Positions 24,911 to 33,858 of a stretch of DNA of 64,000 nucleotides are shown in pieces. The notes under the pieces are model-generated. The model was not told where the DNA came from, searched no databases, and saw only the letters and a program-made list of their open reading frames with translations. Origin of the DNA: Candidatus Caccovivens sp. (GTDB taxonomy: Bacteria; Bacillota; Clostridia; Christensenellales; UBA1242); NCBI GenBank assembly GCA_045650745.1, contig JAZRRN010000041.1, positions 17,507 through 81,506 on the forward strand, given 5' to 3'. How positions within the stretch are numbered: the stretch's first letter is position 1; every line of letters starts with the position of its first letter. A program made the translations under genes and the position numbers.

Positions 24911-26989
24911 TCAAAACAAAATGTCATTATATGTTGGAAATGGTTCGAGATAATTTGGCAAAATTGCTTCTATATCATCATAAATTTTTCGCACTTCTTC
25001 CAACTCAACTGCAAGATTATCCTTTGCAAACAACGCCTTTTTCAACAAATCTTCTTCGCTGTCCAAAACATTGAGATTTGATTTCAACTTTTCGCCTTTT
25101 GCATAAAGTTTGTCAAGAGCGCCCAAGATTTTTTCTTTCATATCTGATCTTGCTCCATTTTTGCTGTCTGCATCCAACTTGATTGAGTTTGAAAGGTCGC
25201 CAACAAACTTATACAAACTTGGATAAATGTCTTTGTGCAACAATTCGAGCATTGTCAAAGATTCAATTTTTACAGTTTCTGCATATGCTTTTGCAAAAGT
25301 CGACTTACGCAAACACACTTCTCCTCTGTCCAGAACATTTGTCTCTTCAAACAAATCCAAAACATCTTTGTCATCAAGCACAGACAAACAATCAAAGCAA
25401 CTTTTATATTCCACAAGACCTCTTTTTGCCGCCTCTTCTGCCCACTCTTTGTCATAACCGTTGCCATTGAAAACAATTCGTCTGTGGTTTGAAATGTTTT
25501 CTTTGACAACCTTGTCTGCTTCTTCCAAAACATTGTCTGCTTTGTCTAATTTGTCAGCAATTTCTTTGAGCACTTTTGCAACAATTGTGCAAATGCAAGT
25601 GCTTGGCCATGCGATAGATTGCGAAGATCCAACCATTCTAAACTCAAACTTGTTTCCTGTGTAAGCAAATGGACTTGTTCTGTTGCGATCACAATAATCC
25701 TTTTTCATTTTTGGCAAACTAGCAACTCTGGTTTCGAGATATTTGGTCTTGTTTTTGACTTTCATGTCTGCCGAATCCAAAATTTTTTCGATGTTTTCGC
25801 CAACAAACATCGACACCAAAGTTGGTGGGGCTTCGTTTCCACCCAAACGCAAATCGTTGCCACGATGCGCCGTGCTTGCTCTGACCACTTTGTAATATCT
25901 GTCAATGCCGGCAATCATGCTTGTAAAAAACAACAAAAACAATCTGCGATCTTTGATGTTTGAGTCGATCAAGTTTATGCCGGTGTCTGTCGAAAGCGAC
26001 CAGTTGATGTGTTTGCCACTTCCGTTCATGTTTGCAAATGGTTTTTCATGAAAAAGTGCTTCAAAGCCGTGTCTTTTTGCCACATTTTTAATGACTTCCA
26101 TAATCACTTGGTTTTGATCACTCGCAATGTTTGCCGGACAGAAAATTGGCACAAGTTCGTGTTGTGCTGGGGCTACTTCGTTGTGTTGAATTTTTGCCAT
26201 AACCCCCATCTTCCACAACTCTTTGTCAACATCATGCATAAAACTGTTGATGCCATCATCAATCACGCCAAAATAGTGCGAATTTATCTCTTGTGACTTG
26301 ATTGGTTTTGCACCCACCAAAGTCCTGCCCAACACTTTCAAATCACTTCGCTTGTCAAAATCTTTTTTCTTGATCAAAAAATATTCTTGTTCGGCACCAA
26401 CATTGCACACAACCTTTTTGACATCAGAATAACCAAGTGCTTTAAGCACTCTCAAACTTTCTCTGTTTAGCGATTCGATAGCACGCAAAAGTGGTGTTTT
26501 TTCGTCAAGTGCAGTGCCGTTGTAAGAACAAAATGCTGTCGGAATATAAAGGGTTCTGTTTCCTGCCTTGTCCTCTTTGATAAACGCTGGCGAAGTGTAA
26601 TCCCAAACAGTATAACCCCTTGCCTCGAAAGTCACTCTTTCGCCACCATTCGGAAAACTTGATGCGTCTGCTTCACCTTTGATAAGTGACTTTTCGCTAA
26701 AATATTCAACCAACTTTCCGTTTTTGTCCACTTCGATAAAGGACACTTGTTTTTCGGCAGTTTTTCCGGTCAGTGGCGAAAACCAATGCGAATAGTGTGT
26801 TGCACCATTTTCGCAAGCCCAAGATTTCATCGCTTTTGCAATTTTGCGAGCTACCAGAGCATCAAGTTCCCCTTCTGTCTCTTTTGTTTTTAGATATTTG
26901 GCAAAGGTTTTTCTGTCCATATATCTTTTGAGCACATCATCGCTGCACAAAAATTTTCCAAACATCTTTTCGGTTTCTGTTTTTTTCAT
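24911..26989 (-). CDS. glnN: Glutamine synthetase type III
   Basis: About 692 aa. The N-terminus MFGKF...DALVARKIAKAMKSWACENGATHYSHWFSPLTGKTAEK is typical of GS-III. ATG 26989 follows AAGGAGAG; the ORF track extends to 27103 through the leader. Confidence 0.85.
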   Translation of the reverse strand: MKKTETEKMFGKFLCSDDVLKRYMDRKTFAKYLKTKETEGELDALVARKIAKAMKSWACENGATHYSHWFSPLTGKTAEKQVSFIEVDKNGKLVEYFSEKSLIKGEADASSFPNGGERVTFEARGYTVWDYTSPAFIKEDKAGNRTLYIPTAFCSYNGTALDEKTPLLRAIESLNRESLRVLKALGYSDVKKVVCNVGAEQEYFLIKKKDFDKRSDLKVLGRTLVGAKPIKSQEINSHYFGVIDDGINSFMHDVDKELWKMGVMAKIQHNEVAPAQHELVPIFCPANIASDQNQVIMEVIKNVAKRHGFEALFHEKPFANMNGSGKHINWSLSTDTGINLIDSNIKDRRLFLLFFTSMIAGIDRYYKVVRASTAHRGNDLRLGGNEAPPTLVSMFVGENIEKILDSADMKVKNKTKYLETRVASLPKMKKDYCDRNRTSPFAYTGNKFEFRMVGSSQSIAWPSTCICTIVAKVLKEIADKLDKADNVLEEADKVVKENISNHRRIVFNGNGYDKEWAEEAAKRGLVEYKSCFDCLSVLDDKDVLDLFEETNVLDRGEVCLRKSTFAKAYAETVKIESLTMLELLHKDIYPSLYKFVGDLSNSIKLDADSKNGARSDMKEKILGALDKLYAKGEKLKSNLNVLDSEEDLLKKALFAKDNLAVELEEVRKIYDDIEAILPNYLEPFPTYNDILF

Positions 26990-27004
26990 TTTTCTCTCCT
27001 TAAT

Positions 27005-27041
27005 ATAAAAAAAGGAAGCAACCCTTTGTTTAGTTGCTCCC
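27005..27041 (-). terminator. Intrinsic terminator inside the glnN 5' leader (attenuator candidate)
   Basis: Minus strand GGGAGCAAC-N10-GUUGCUUCC + U7, ending about 10 nt before the SD of glnN. Confidence 0.6.
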
Positions 27042-27166
27042 TTTAGTAATAAATTTTTTATAAGCACAACAAAAACAAATTGTAGTCTATACAATTTCTC
27101 CAAAGTTTTGTTGTTGTTGAGCTCTAAAAATAATCATTTTGACTTCTTTTTCCCCTTTACATTTTC

Positions 27167-27195
27167 AATATACAACTTTTATTTTCTTTTGTCAA
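27167..27195 (-). promoter_or_regulatory. glnN promoter
   Basis: Minus strand TTGACA (27195-27190), 17-nt spacer, TATATT (27172-27167). Implies a leader of about 170 nt. The inverted repeat TCAACAA-N5-TTGTTGA (27192-27210) overlaps the -35. Confidence 0.5.
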
Positions 27196-27297
27196 CAACT
27201 TTTTTGTTGATTTTTGCTTGCTTTATTTTTTGAAATGTTTATAATTGTTTTTGGTTTTTTCAAAATTTTACAAAAATAAATAAGGGAATATTTATTT

Positions 27298-28050
27298 ATG
27301 AAACCAATTGTCGTAGGCATTGTCTCAAAGCATCTTCAAATCGAAGACAGAAAACCATTTTTGTATACTTGCGAAAGTTTGAAAAACGCATTCATCTTTT
27401 GCCAATCAATCCCAATCACCCTTCTGCCACCAAGTGGCAAGGCTGTTTTTATCGGCACAAAAAGGCACGACAAACAATACAGTGATTTTGACTATCAGCA
27501 AATGGTCGAGCAATTGCACGGAGATCCTGTCAAGACCAACGAGCAATATTGGCAAAATGCATTGTCACTTTGTGATGGCATTGTTTTTCAACTCGGCACT
27601 GACACAGATGACTATGAGCCTTTTCTTGCAAAATATTGTTTCGAACATTCAATCCCTATCCTTGGCATAAGCAGTGGAATGACAAATGTTGTCAAAGGTC
27701 TTGGTGGAGCAAATGGATTTTGCGAAAAATATCATTACTCTTCCGAAAAGTATGCCCACCCTATCACCATTGACAAAGATTCGTTTACATACAAAGTTTT
27801 GAATGTTGACAAAATAAAAGTCAACTCCCGCCATTATGGCAAAACATACATCGTGCCAAGCACTCTCAAGCCAGTTGCTTTTTCGCCTGATGGGACCATT
27901 GAAATCATCGAAAGCATTGACATGACAAACAATTTTGTCCTTCTGACAAGATTCAATCCCGAATCTTTGTATAAAGAAGATGAAAATCACAGAAAACTGA
28001 TTCAAGCATTTTTAGATGCTTGTCAAAAAAGAAGAGATCAAAAAAGTTGA
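27298..28050 (+). CDS. Peptidase C26 / gamma-glutamyl hydrolase-like class I amidotransferase homolog with substituted catalytic Cys and His
   Basis: IPILGISSGMTNVVKGLGG versus the family pattern PILGICRGMQ..NV..GG. VNSRHYG versus VNS.HHQ. LLTRFNPE versus GVQWHPE. Ser125 (27670-27672) sits at the Cys position and Asn220 (27955-27957) at the His position. Confidence 0.65.
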   Translation: MKPIVVGIVSKHLQIEDRKPFLYTCESLKNAFIFCQSIPITLLPPSGKAVFIGTKRHDKQYSDFDYQQMVEQLHGDPVKTNEQYWQNALSLCDGIVFQLGTDTDDYEPFLAKYCFEHSIPILGISSGMTNVVKGLGGANGFCEKYHYSSEKYAHPITIDKDSFTYKVLNVDKIKVNSRHYGKTYIVPSTLKPVAFSPDGTIEIIESIDMTNNFVLLTRFNPESLYKEDENHRKLIQAFLDACQKRRDQKS

Positions 28051-28062
28051 TCTCTTTATTTT
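28033..28062. terminator. Bidirectional terminator overlapping both convergent stop codons
   Basis: AGAGATCAA-N5-TTGATCTCT. Confidence 0.65.
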
Positions 28063-28589
28063 ATTTTTGCCGAATAATATTTGAAGTTTCTTTCAAACTT
28101 TTTCAAATAGTTTTCGGTCTCTGAAAAAGGAATGCTTGAAAGCGATTTTCCATCACTGCTGTATTTTTTGTTTTTAAGCCAATTTGAAACATTTGTTGGC
28201 CCTGCATTGTAGGCACACAACGCAAGGGACAAATTTTCAAACCTGTCCAAAAGTTGCCCAAAATAGCAAACACCAAATTCAATGTTGTCTTGTGCGTCAA
28301 ACAAATCAAAGTCTTGCTTTCCAACATCATTTGAAATCCCCTGTGCTGTTGACGGCATAACCTGCATCAACCCAACTGCACCTTTTGAAGAAATTGCATT
28401 TTTGTTGAAATGACTTTCAATGTTTATCACTGAAAAAATAATTGCCGGATCGACATCATATTTTTGACTGCAAAAAGCAATTTCTTCTTCATATTTGATT
28501 GGAAAAAATGTTCCGTAAAAACAATTTACGCCAAACGCTGTCAAAAAGACTGCACAAAAACTAAAAAAAATTGCAAAAAAAACCTTCAT
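28056..28589 (-). CDS. Lytic transglycosylase (SLT domain), membrane-anchored
   Basis: N-terminal hydrophobic anchor, then INIESHFNKNAISSKGAVGLMQVMPSTA and AYNAGPTNV. Minus strand TAAAAT-agcaat-ATG with no SD (weaker leaderless candidate, no TG). Confidence 0.8.
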   Translation of the reverse strand: MKVFFAIFFSFCAVFLTAFGVNCFYGTFFPIKYEEEIAFCSQKYDVDPAIIFSVINIESHFNKNAISSKGAVGLMQVMPSTAQGISNDVGKQDFDLFDAQDNIEFGVCYFGQLLDRFENLSLALCAYNAGPTNVSNWLKNKKYSSDGKSLSSIPFSETENYLKKFERNFKYYSAKIK

Positions 28590-28625
28590 ATTGCTATTTT
28601 ATGAAAAAACAAAAATACTATTCTT

Positions 28626-28886
28626 TCACTTTTTTATGACATCAAAAATTCCGTTTCTCTGCACAAACACATAAAAACCTGCAAAATTTCGCATTAAATT
28701 GCTTTTTGCAACCAAACTTTGTGCAAGCGAAAAATATTCTTGCGCAAATTTGACAGACAACCCACAACTTGCCGACAATTTTTGTGGTGTGTTTATAACT
28801 GCAACAGGGACATTGTTTTCTCTAAGCATTTTTGCAAAACTCAAAGTCGCAAAGCGAGATCGAAAGATAGCCAATACAAAACTCAT
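28626..28886 (-). CDS. DUF3343-like small protein (putative S/Se carrier family)
   Basis: 86 aa. FRSRFATLSFAKMLRENNVPVAVINTPQKLSASCGLSVKF matches the DUF3343 pattern with its single conserved Cys. SD AAGGAGA. Confidence 0.55.
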   Translation of the reverse strand: MSFVLAIFRSRFATLSFAKMLRENNVPVAVINTPQKLSASCGLSVKFAQEYFSLAQSLVAKSNLMRNFAGFYVFVQRNGIFDVIKK

Positions 28887-28963
28887 CTCATCTCCTTATG
28901 CACAAATCTCCCCATATTTCATTATATTATAAATATAACAAAAAAATGAAAGAAGAGGGATCA

Positions 28964-30112
28964 ATGATTTATTTAGACAATTCTGCATCAACTCTTATAA
29001 AGCCAAAATCCGTCCAAAAATCGGTTTTAATGGCTTTAAACATATATTCTGCCAACCCAGGCAGAAGTGGTCACAAACAGGCAATAAAAACAGCAATGCA
29101 AGTTGAGGAAGTGCGCCAACATTTGTCTGTCCACTTAAACACCTTGCCAGAAAAAATTGCGTTTTCTCTAAACTGCACCGATTCGCTCAACACTGCGATT
29201 TTTGGCACACACAAACAAGGTGGACATGTGGTCTGCACCTGCAACGAACACAACTCTGTGCTCAGACCTTTACGCCACTTGCAAAAAATTGATTCGGGTT
29301 TTTCTTTCAGTGTTGCCGAACCAGAAGACGGCCATTCGATTTGTTGGAATGACATAAAGAAACACATAAACGAAAAAACATATTTGATTGTTTGCAATCA
29401 TGTGTCAAATGTCAATGGCGATGTTGCAAACATTGAAGAAATTGGGCAAAATTTGCAAAAAAGAAAGATTTTGTTTTTGGTTGATGCCGCACAAGGTGGT
29501 GGACACTTTTTCTATGATATGCAAAAACAAAATATAAACCTGCTCACCCTCGCCCCACACAAAGGATTTTATTCTCCACAAGGTGTTGGCTGTTTGGCAA
29601 TCAACGGAGATTTTGAAATATCCCCTTTTCGTTTTGGTGGCACAGGCACAAACTCTCACCTGCTTGAAATGCCTGATTCTTTGCCAGAAAAACTTGAAGC
29701 CGGCACTCTCAACACCCCTGCAATTTTGGGTTTTGGAGAAGGACTGACTTTTGTTGAAGAAAATTGGAAATATATTCAAGAAAAAATTGAAGATTTGACA
29801 ACTTATTTGCATTACGAATTTTCAAAACTGCCACTAGAAATCTACACACAAAACGAAAACTCTTGTGGTGTGTTTGCTTTCAACATTCCTGACATTGCTT
29901 CTGCAGATGTTTCAAACTTTCTTGACCAACATTTTGGCATTTGCACAAGAAGTGGATTGCACTGCGCTCCACTCAAACACAAACACCTTGGCACACACTC
30001 ATTTGGTGTAGTCAGAGTGTCAATGTCTTACTTCAACACCTATCAAGAAATCGAACGACTTGTTTTTGCAATCAAACATATGCTAAAAACACAAAAAAAG
30101 ACGCATTTTTAG
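28964..30112 (+). CDS. Cysteine desulfurase family aminotransferase class V
   Basis: MIYLDNSAST..., PLP lysine in LAPHKGFYSPQGVG, and active-site TRSGLHCAP. Start ambiguous (28964 preferred; 28946 or 28898 possible). Confidence 0.8.
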   Translation: MIYLDNSASTLIKPKSVQKSVLMALNIYSANPGRSGHKQAIKTAMQVEEVRQHLSVHLNTLPEKIAFSLNCTDSLNTAIFGTHKQGGHVVCTCNEHNSVLRPLRHLQKIDSGFSFSVAEPEDGHSICWNDIKKHINEKTYLIVCNHVSNVNGDVANIEEIGQNLQKRKILFLVDAAQGGGHFFYDMQKQNINLLTLAPHKGFYSPQGVGCLAINGDFEISPFRFGGTGTNSHLLEMPDSLPEKLEAGTLNTPAILGFGEGLTFVEENWKYIQEKIEDLTTYLHYEFSKLPLEIYTQNENSCGVFAFNIPDIASADVSNFLDQHFGICTRSGLHCAPLKHKHLGTHSFGVVRVSMSYFNTYQEIERLVFAIKHMLKTQKKTHF

Positions 30113-30122
30113 CGTCTTTTTG
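30093..30122. terminator. Bidirectional terminator
   Basis: AAGACGC-N7-GCGTCTT, overlapping the TAG stop of the desulfurase. Confidence 0.7.
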
Positions 30123-30836
30123 TTATTTTTGATATATAAATCGTTTGCAGTGTTCGCAGACAATTACGCCCGATTCTTTAAGTTTTGAAATTGCAACTTT
30201 TGGTTGTTCCATTCTGCATCTTCCACAGAAAGTTCCGTTTTCCAATGGCACAACAACAGGGAAAATGTTGTCATTTCTTCTCTTTTTATATTCTGCCATA
30301 AGTGAAGGGTCAACATCTTTTTCCAAAACAAGCAATTCTTTTTTCAATTTTTCTTTTTCAGGTTCAAGTGCTTTTGTTTCTTCATCAATTTTTTGCTTGC
30401 AGATTGCATATTGACTTCTTGCTTCATCATATGCCTTTTTAGTCTTGTTGAATTCTGACAAAATTTGATTTATTGTTTCTGCGCTTTTTTGAAGCATTTT
30501 TTCCAAAATTGCAAGATTTTGCATAATTTTTTGCTTCAATTCATTAACTTTTTCAAGTTCTTCCATTGACATATTTTCAAGGTTTGAAGCAACAATTCCA
30601 TCTGCCTTCTTTTTGGTGAGATTGTATTTTTCTTTAATTTCTCCAATTTCAACAATCAATTTTTCTGCATGACTTTCAAGTTCTGTTGATTTTGCTTGCG
30701 CTTTTTTTGCAACAGCTGTCAACTCATTTGCTTTTCTTCTATATGCACTGTTTGAAAGTTTTTGTTCTACCTTAAACAACTCTTCATCATGCTTTTGATA
30801 TTTCAACAAATTTTCAATATTCATTCCATTCTCCAT
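30123..30836 (-). CDS. Coiled-coil protein with C-terminal C4 zinc ribbon (COG1579/DUF164-like)
   Basis: Long heptad-rich region, then CGRC...CEHC. The start may instead be ATG 30824 (MNIENLL), which follows GGAGAA. Confidence 0.65.
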   Translation of the reverse strand: MENGMNIENLLKYQKHDEELFKVEQKLSNSAYRRKANELTAVAKKAQAKSTELESHAEKLIVEIGEIKEKYNLTKKKADGIVASNLENMSMEELEKVNELKQKIMQNLAILEKMLQKSAETINQILSEFNKTKKAYDEARSQYAICKQKIDEETKALEPEKEKLKKELLVLEKDVDPSLMAEYKKRRNDNIFPVVVPLENGTFCGRCRMEQPKVAISKLKESGVIVCEHCKRFIYQK

Positions 30837-30863
30837 TTAATGCACTCTCTTTAGTGCCAATAA

Positions 30864-31937
30864 TTATTCTACAAAATCTACCAATTTTTTGCTTCTGGTT
30901 GGATTTTTAAGTTTTTTCAAAGCTTTTGCTTCAATTTGTCTGATTCTTTCTCTTGTCACATGGAACTCTCTTCCAACTTCTTCCAAAGTTTTTTGTTTGC
31001 CGTCCAAAAGTCCATATCTTTGTCTGATAACTTCTTGTTCTCTTGGAGTCAATGTGTCGATAACTGCCAAAAGTTGTTCTCTAAGAAGTGTTTGAGTTGC
31101 ACTTTCGATTGGAGATCTTGCAGATTCGTCAACAATGACATCTGCCATCTTTCCATCATCTTCTTCGCCCATTGGTGTTTCAAGCGAAATTGGATCTTGT
31201 GCAGTTTTTTGAATTTCCATAACCTTTGCAACAGACAAATCCATTTCTTTTGCAATTTCTTCGATAGTTGGTTCCCTTTGCAATTTTTGCATCAAACTTC
31301 TTGAAACTTTTACATATTTGTTGATTGTTTCAACCATATGCACTGGGATACGGATAGTTCTTGATTGGTCAGCCATCGCACGAGTGATTGCTTGTCTGAT
31401 CCACCATGTTGCATAAGTTGAAAATTTGAAACCTTTTGTATAATCAAATTTGTCAACAGCTCTAAGAAGACCCATGTTTCCTTCTTGAATAAGATCAAGG
31501 AAAGACATTGATGTTTTGCCAACATATTTTTTTGCAACGCTGACAACCAATCTCAAGTTTGCTTCGCACAAAACTGATTTTGCATGTTGATCACCTTGCA
31601 TAACTTTTTTTGCAAGTTCTCTTTCTTCTTCAATAGACAAAAGTGGAACTTTTCCAATGTCTTTGAGATACATTTTTACAGGGTCATCAACGCTTGCAGA
31701 CATAACCAAATCTGAAAAATTGTCTTTATACAAATCTTCATCGTTTGATTTGATGATTTTGATGCCTTTCTTTTTGAGATGTTCTATAAACTTTTCCACA
31801 TTTGCAGCGTTGTCGCCAACTTTCAAAAGCCAGAAATAGATATCATCTTCGTTGATTGATCCTTTTTTGATCGCAAGAGTTTGCAATTTTTCATGCACTT
31901 CTTTTATTTTTACTACATTTTCTTTATCTTCTGACAT
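30864..31937 (-). CDS. rpoD: RNA polymerase primary sigma factor (sigma-70/SigA)
   Basis: Region 2 ([13 protein letters not shown]) and region 4.2 ([23 protein letters not shown]). ATG 31937 follows GGAGGAA and overlaps the dnaG stop by 14 nt; the ORF track extends to 32042. Confidence 0.9.
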   Translation of the reverse strand: MSEDKENVVKIKEVHEKLQTLAIKKGSINEDDIYFWLLKVGDNAANVEKFIEHLKKKGIKIIKSNDEDLYKDNFSDLVMSASVDDPVKMYLKDIGKVPLLSIEEERELAKKVMQGDQHAKSVLCEANLRLVVSVAKKYVGKTSMSFLDLIQEGNMGLLRAVDKFDYTKGFKFSTYATWWIRQAITRAMADQSRTIRIPVHMVETINKYVKVSRSLMQKLQREPTIEEIAKEMDLSVAKVMEIQKTAQDPISLETPMGEEDDGKMADVIVDESARSPIESATQTLLREQLLAVIDTLTPREQEVIRQRYGLLDGKQKTLEEVGREFHVTRERIRQIEAKALKKLKNPTRSKKLVDFVE

Positions 31938-33696
31938 TAAATTCCTCCAAACTTTTATTTTTGAGTTGCAAAGCAAGTTTTCCAAGCTTTCGTGCAATCT
32001 CGCTTCTTCTGTCCAAATCTTCGCATTTGCGATATTCTTCATTCAATTCTGTTTGTTCTTTTTTGAGAAGTTGTTCTGCAACTTTCCACAAACATTCTCT
32101 AAAATATTTTTCTTCGTCACCTTGGTAAGTTGAAAAATTGAAGTTTACAACATCCATCAAAAATCCATCTTCGTTTGCCCCTTCAAAATCAAAAATTGCA
32201 GAAAGTGGCAAGTTTTGCTCGATGATTTGCAAATATTTTTCATACCCCACCAACAGCTTGTTGTAGTCAATCCGTTGATCTGCAACATCTTTTTTGTGCA
32301 TAAGGGTTGCCAAAATATATTTTACAGCCCTCTCATCACCTTTTTCAATTTTTACTTCTTTGGCTTGTTCTTTTTGCAAAACAGGTTGTTTTTCTTCCTG
32401 TTTCATATTTATATCTCTTCTCAAGATGTCCAAAGGTATCTTGGTGATATCTCTAACCTTTTCCAAATAAGGTTCAAACAATGTTTCACTGCCAAGTTTT
32501 TTGATTTCTGCCAAAACAACTTTGACAAATTTACCTTTTTCCTCAGGCCTGCTCATATCAAACTTGCTTTGATAATGTTCGATCAAAAACTCCATATAAG
32601 GTTTTGCACTTTCAATCATTTCTTGCAATTTTTCCTTGCCAAACAAATTTAAAATCTCATCAGGATCTTTTCCATCTGGCAAAGCAACCACCCTCAAATT
32701 GACATTTTCATATCTCAAAATCTCAATTGCTGCAAGTGTTGCCTTTGTGCCTGCACCATCACCATCAAAACACAAAACAATGTTGTTGCTATATTTTTTA
32801 AGTTCTGCAACATGCTCTTGCGTAAATGCTGTGCCCATGCAAGCCACTGTTGATTTGAAACCACCTTTGTGCATTGCAATAACATCCATCTGACCTTCAA
32901 CCAAAATTATGTTTTGCAAAAGCTGTTGTTGCTTTTGAGCTTTAAGCAAGTTGATGCCAAACACAACCCTTCTCTTTTTGAAAACTGCAGTTTCTGCTGT
33001 GTTTTTGTATTTGGCAAAATCTGTTTTTTCAAGCGCTCTCGCACTGAAACCAATACATTCTCCAAAAGAGTTGAAAATCGGAAACACCAATCGGTTTGCC
33101 AAAGGGTCAAACAAACGGTCGTTTTTCTTTGCACAAACTCCGGCATCAATCATTTCTTGTTCCTTAAACCCTTTGCCTTTCAAATAAGTCACAAGGTCTG
33201 TCCAACCTTTTGAATAACCTATTTTGAAATCTTCAAGTTCTCGCCTTGTAAACTTTCTTTTCTTTATATATTCTTGCGCTGGTTTTGCTTCATTGCTATA
33301 CAAGTTTTCAACATAGTGTTTGTATGTATAATCCAAAACACTCAAAACTCTTTCTTTCTGCCTTTGACTTTCTTTGATTGCGGCAGAATTTTGAAATTCT
33401 GGGATTTGCATGCCTGCTCTCTCTGCCAACATTTTGACAGCGTCCATAAAATCCAAGTTTTCCATCTTCTGCACAAACTTGATGACATCGCCAGATTCTT
33501 TGCAACCAAAACAATGATAGATTCCATCTTCGTTTCTTATCGAAAAAGATGGTGTCTTTTCATTATGAAAAGGACAGCATGCCCAAGTTCTGCTGCCTTT
33601 TTGTTCAAGTCTCAAATAGTTTGAAGCGATTGACACAAGGTCGTTTTTTCGTTTAAGCTCGCTCAACCATTCGACTGAAAATCCATTATTTTGCAT
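31924..33696 (-). CDS. dnaG: DNA primase
   Basis: Zinc finger [14 protein letters not shown]...[19 protein letters not shown]...CFDGDGAG. Confidence 0.9.
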   Translation of the reverse strand: MQNNGFSVEWLSELKRKNDLVSIASNYLRLEQKGSRTWACCPFHNEKTPSFSIRNEDGIYHCFGCKESGDVIKFVQKMENLDFMDAVKMLAERAGMQIPEFQNSAAIKESQRQKERVLSVLDYTYKHYVENLYSNEAKPAQEYIKKRKFTRRELEDFKIGYSKGWTDLVTYLKGKGFKEQEMIDAGVCAKKNDRLFDPLANRLVFPIFNSFGECIGFSARALEKTDFAKYKNTAETAVFKKRRVVFGINLLKAQKQQQLLQNIILVEGQMDVIAMHKGGFKSTVACMGTAFTQEHVAELKKYSNNIVLCFDGDGAGTKATLAAIEILRYENVNLRVVALPDGKDPDEILNLFGKEKLQEMIESAKPYMEFLIEHYQSKFDMSRPEEKGKFVKVVLAEIKKLGSETLFEPYLEKVRDITKIPLDILRRDINMKQEEKQPVLQKEQAKEVKIEKGDERAVKYILATLMHKKDVADQRIDYNKLLVGYEKYLQIIEQNLPLSAIFDFEGANEDGFLMDVVNFNFSTYQGDEEKYFRECLWKVAEQLLKKEQTELNEEYRKCEDLDRRSEIARKLGKLALQLKNKSLEEFNVRR

Positions 33697-33858
33697 TCAA
33701 TCTCCTAAAAAATCGTCAATTGCTTATAATATACTCCTCTCACCCCTGATATTCCTTTATTTTTTTGAAAATAATTATAAAAAAATCACTAAACATATAA
33801 AAAGTTGCCATTTTTCTACACTTTTCAACAAAAAAACAGGGATTAACCCTGTTTTTGA

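Noticed and set aside
26990-27103. ORF-track start of glnN at 27103 (38 extra residues).
   Set aside because: The extension covers the leader terminator and the SD. ATG 26989 has AAGGAGAG upstream and matches the GS-III N-terminus.
27192-27210. TCAACAA-N5-TTGTTGA at the glnN promoter considered as a third MarR operator.
   Set aside because: The half-sites are in everted order with a different spacing from the TTGTTGA-N4-TCAACAA sites. The heptamer TTGTTGA is also common in this genome (for example at 476, 12668, 20096 and 27113). It is noted but not claimed.
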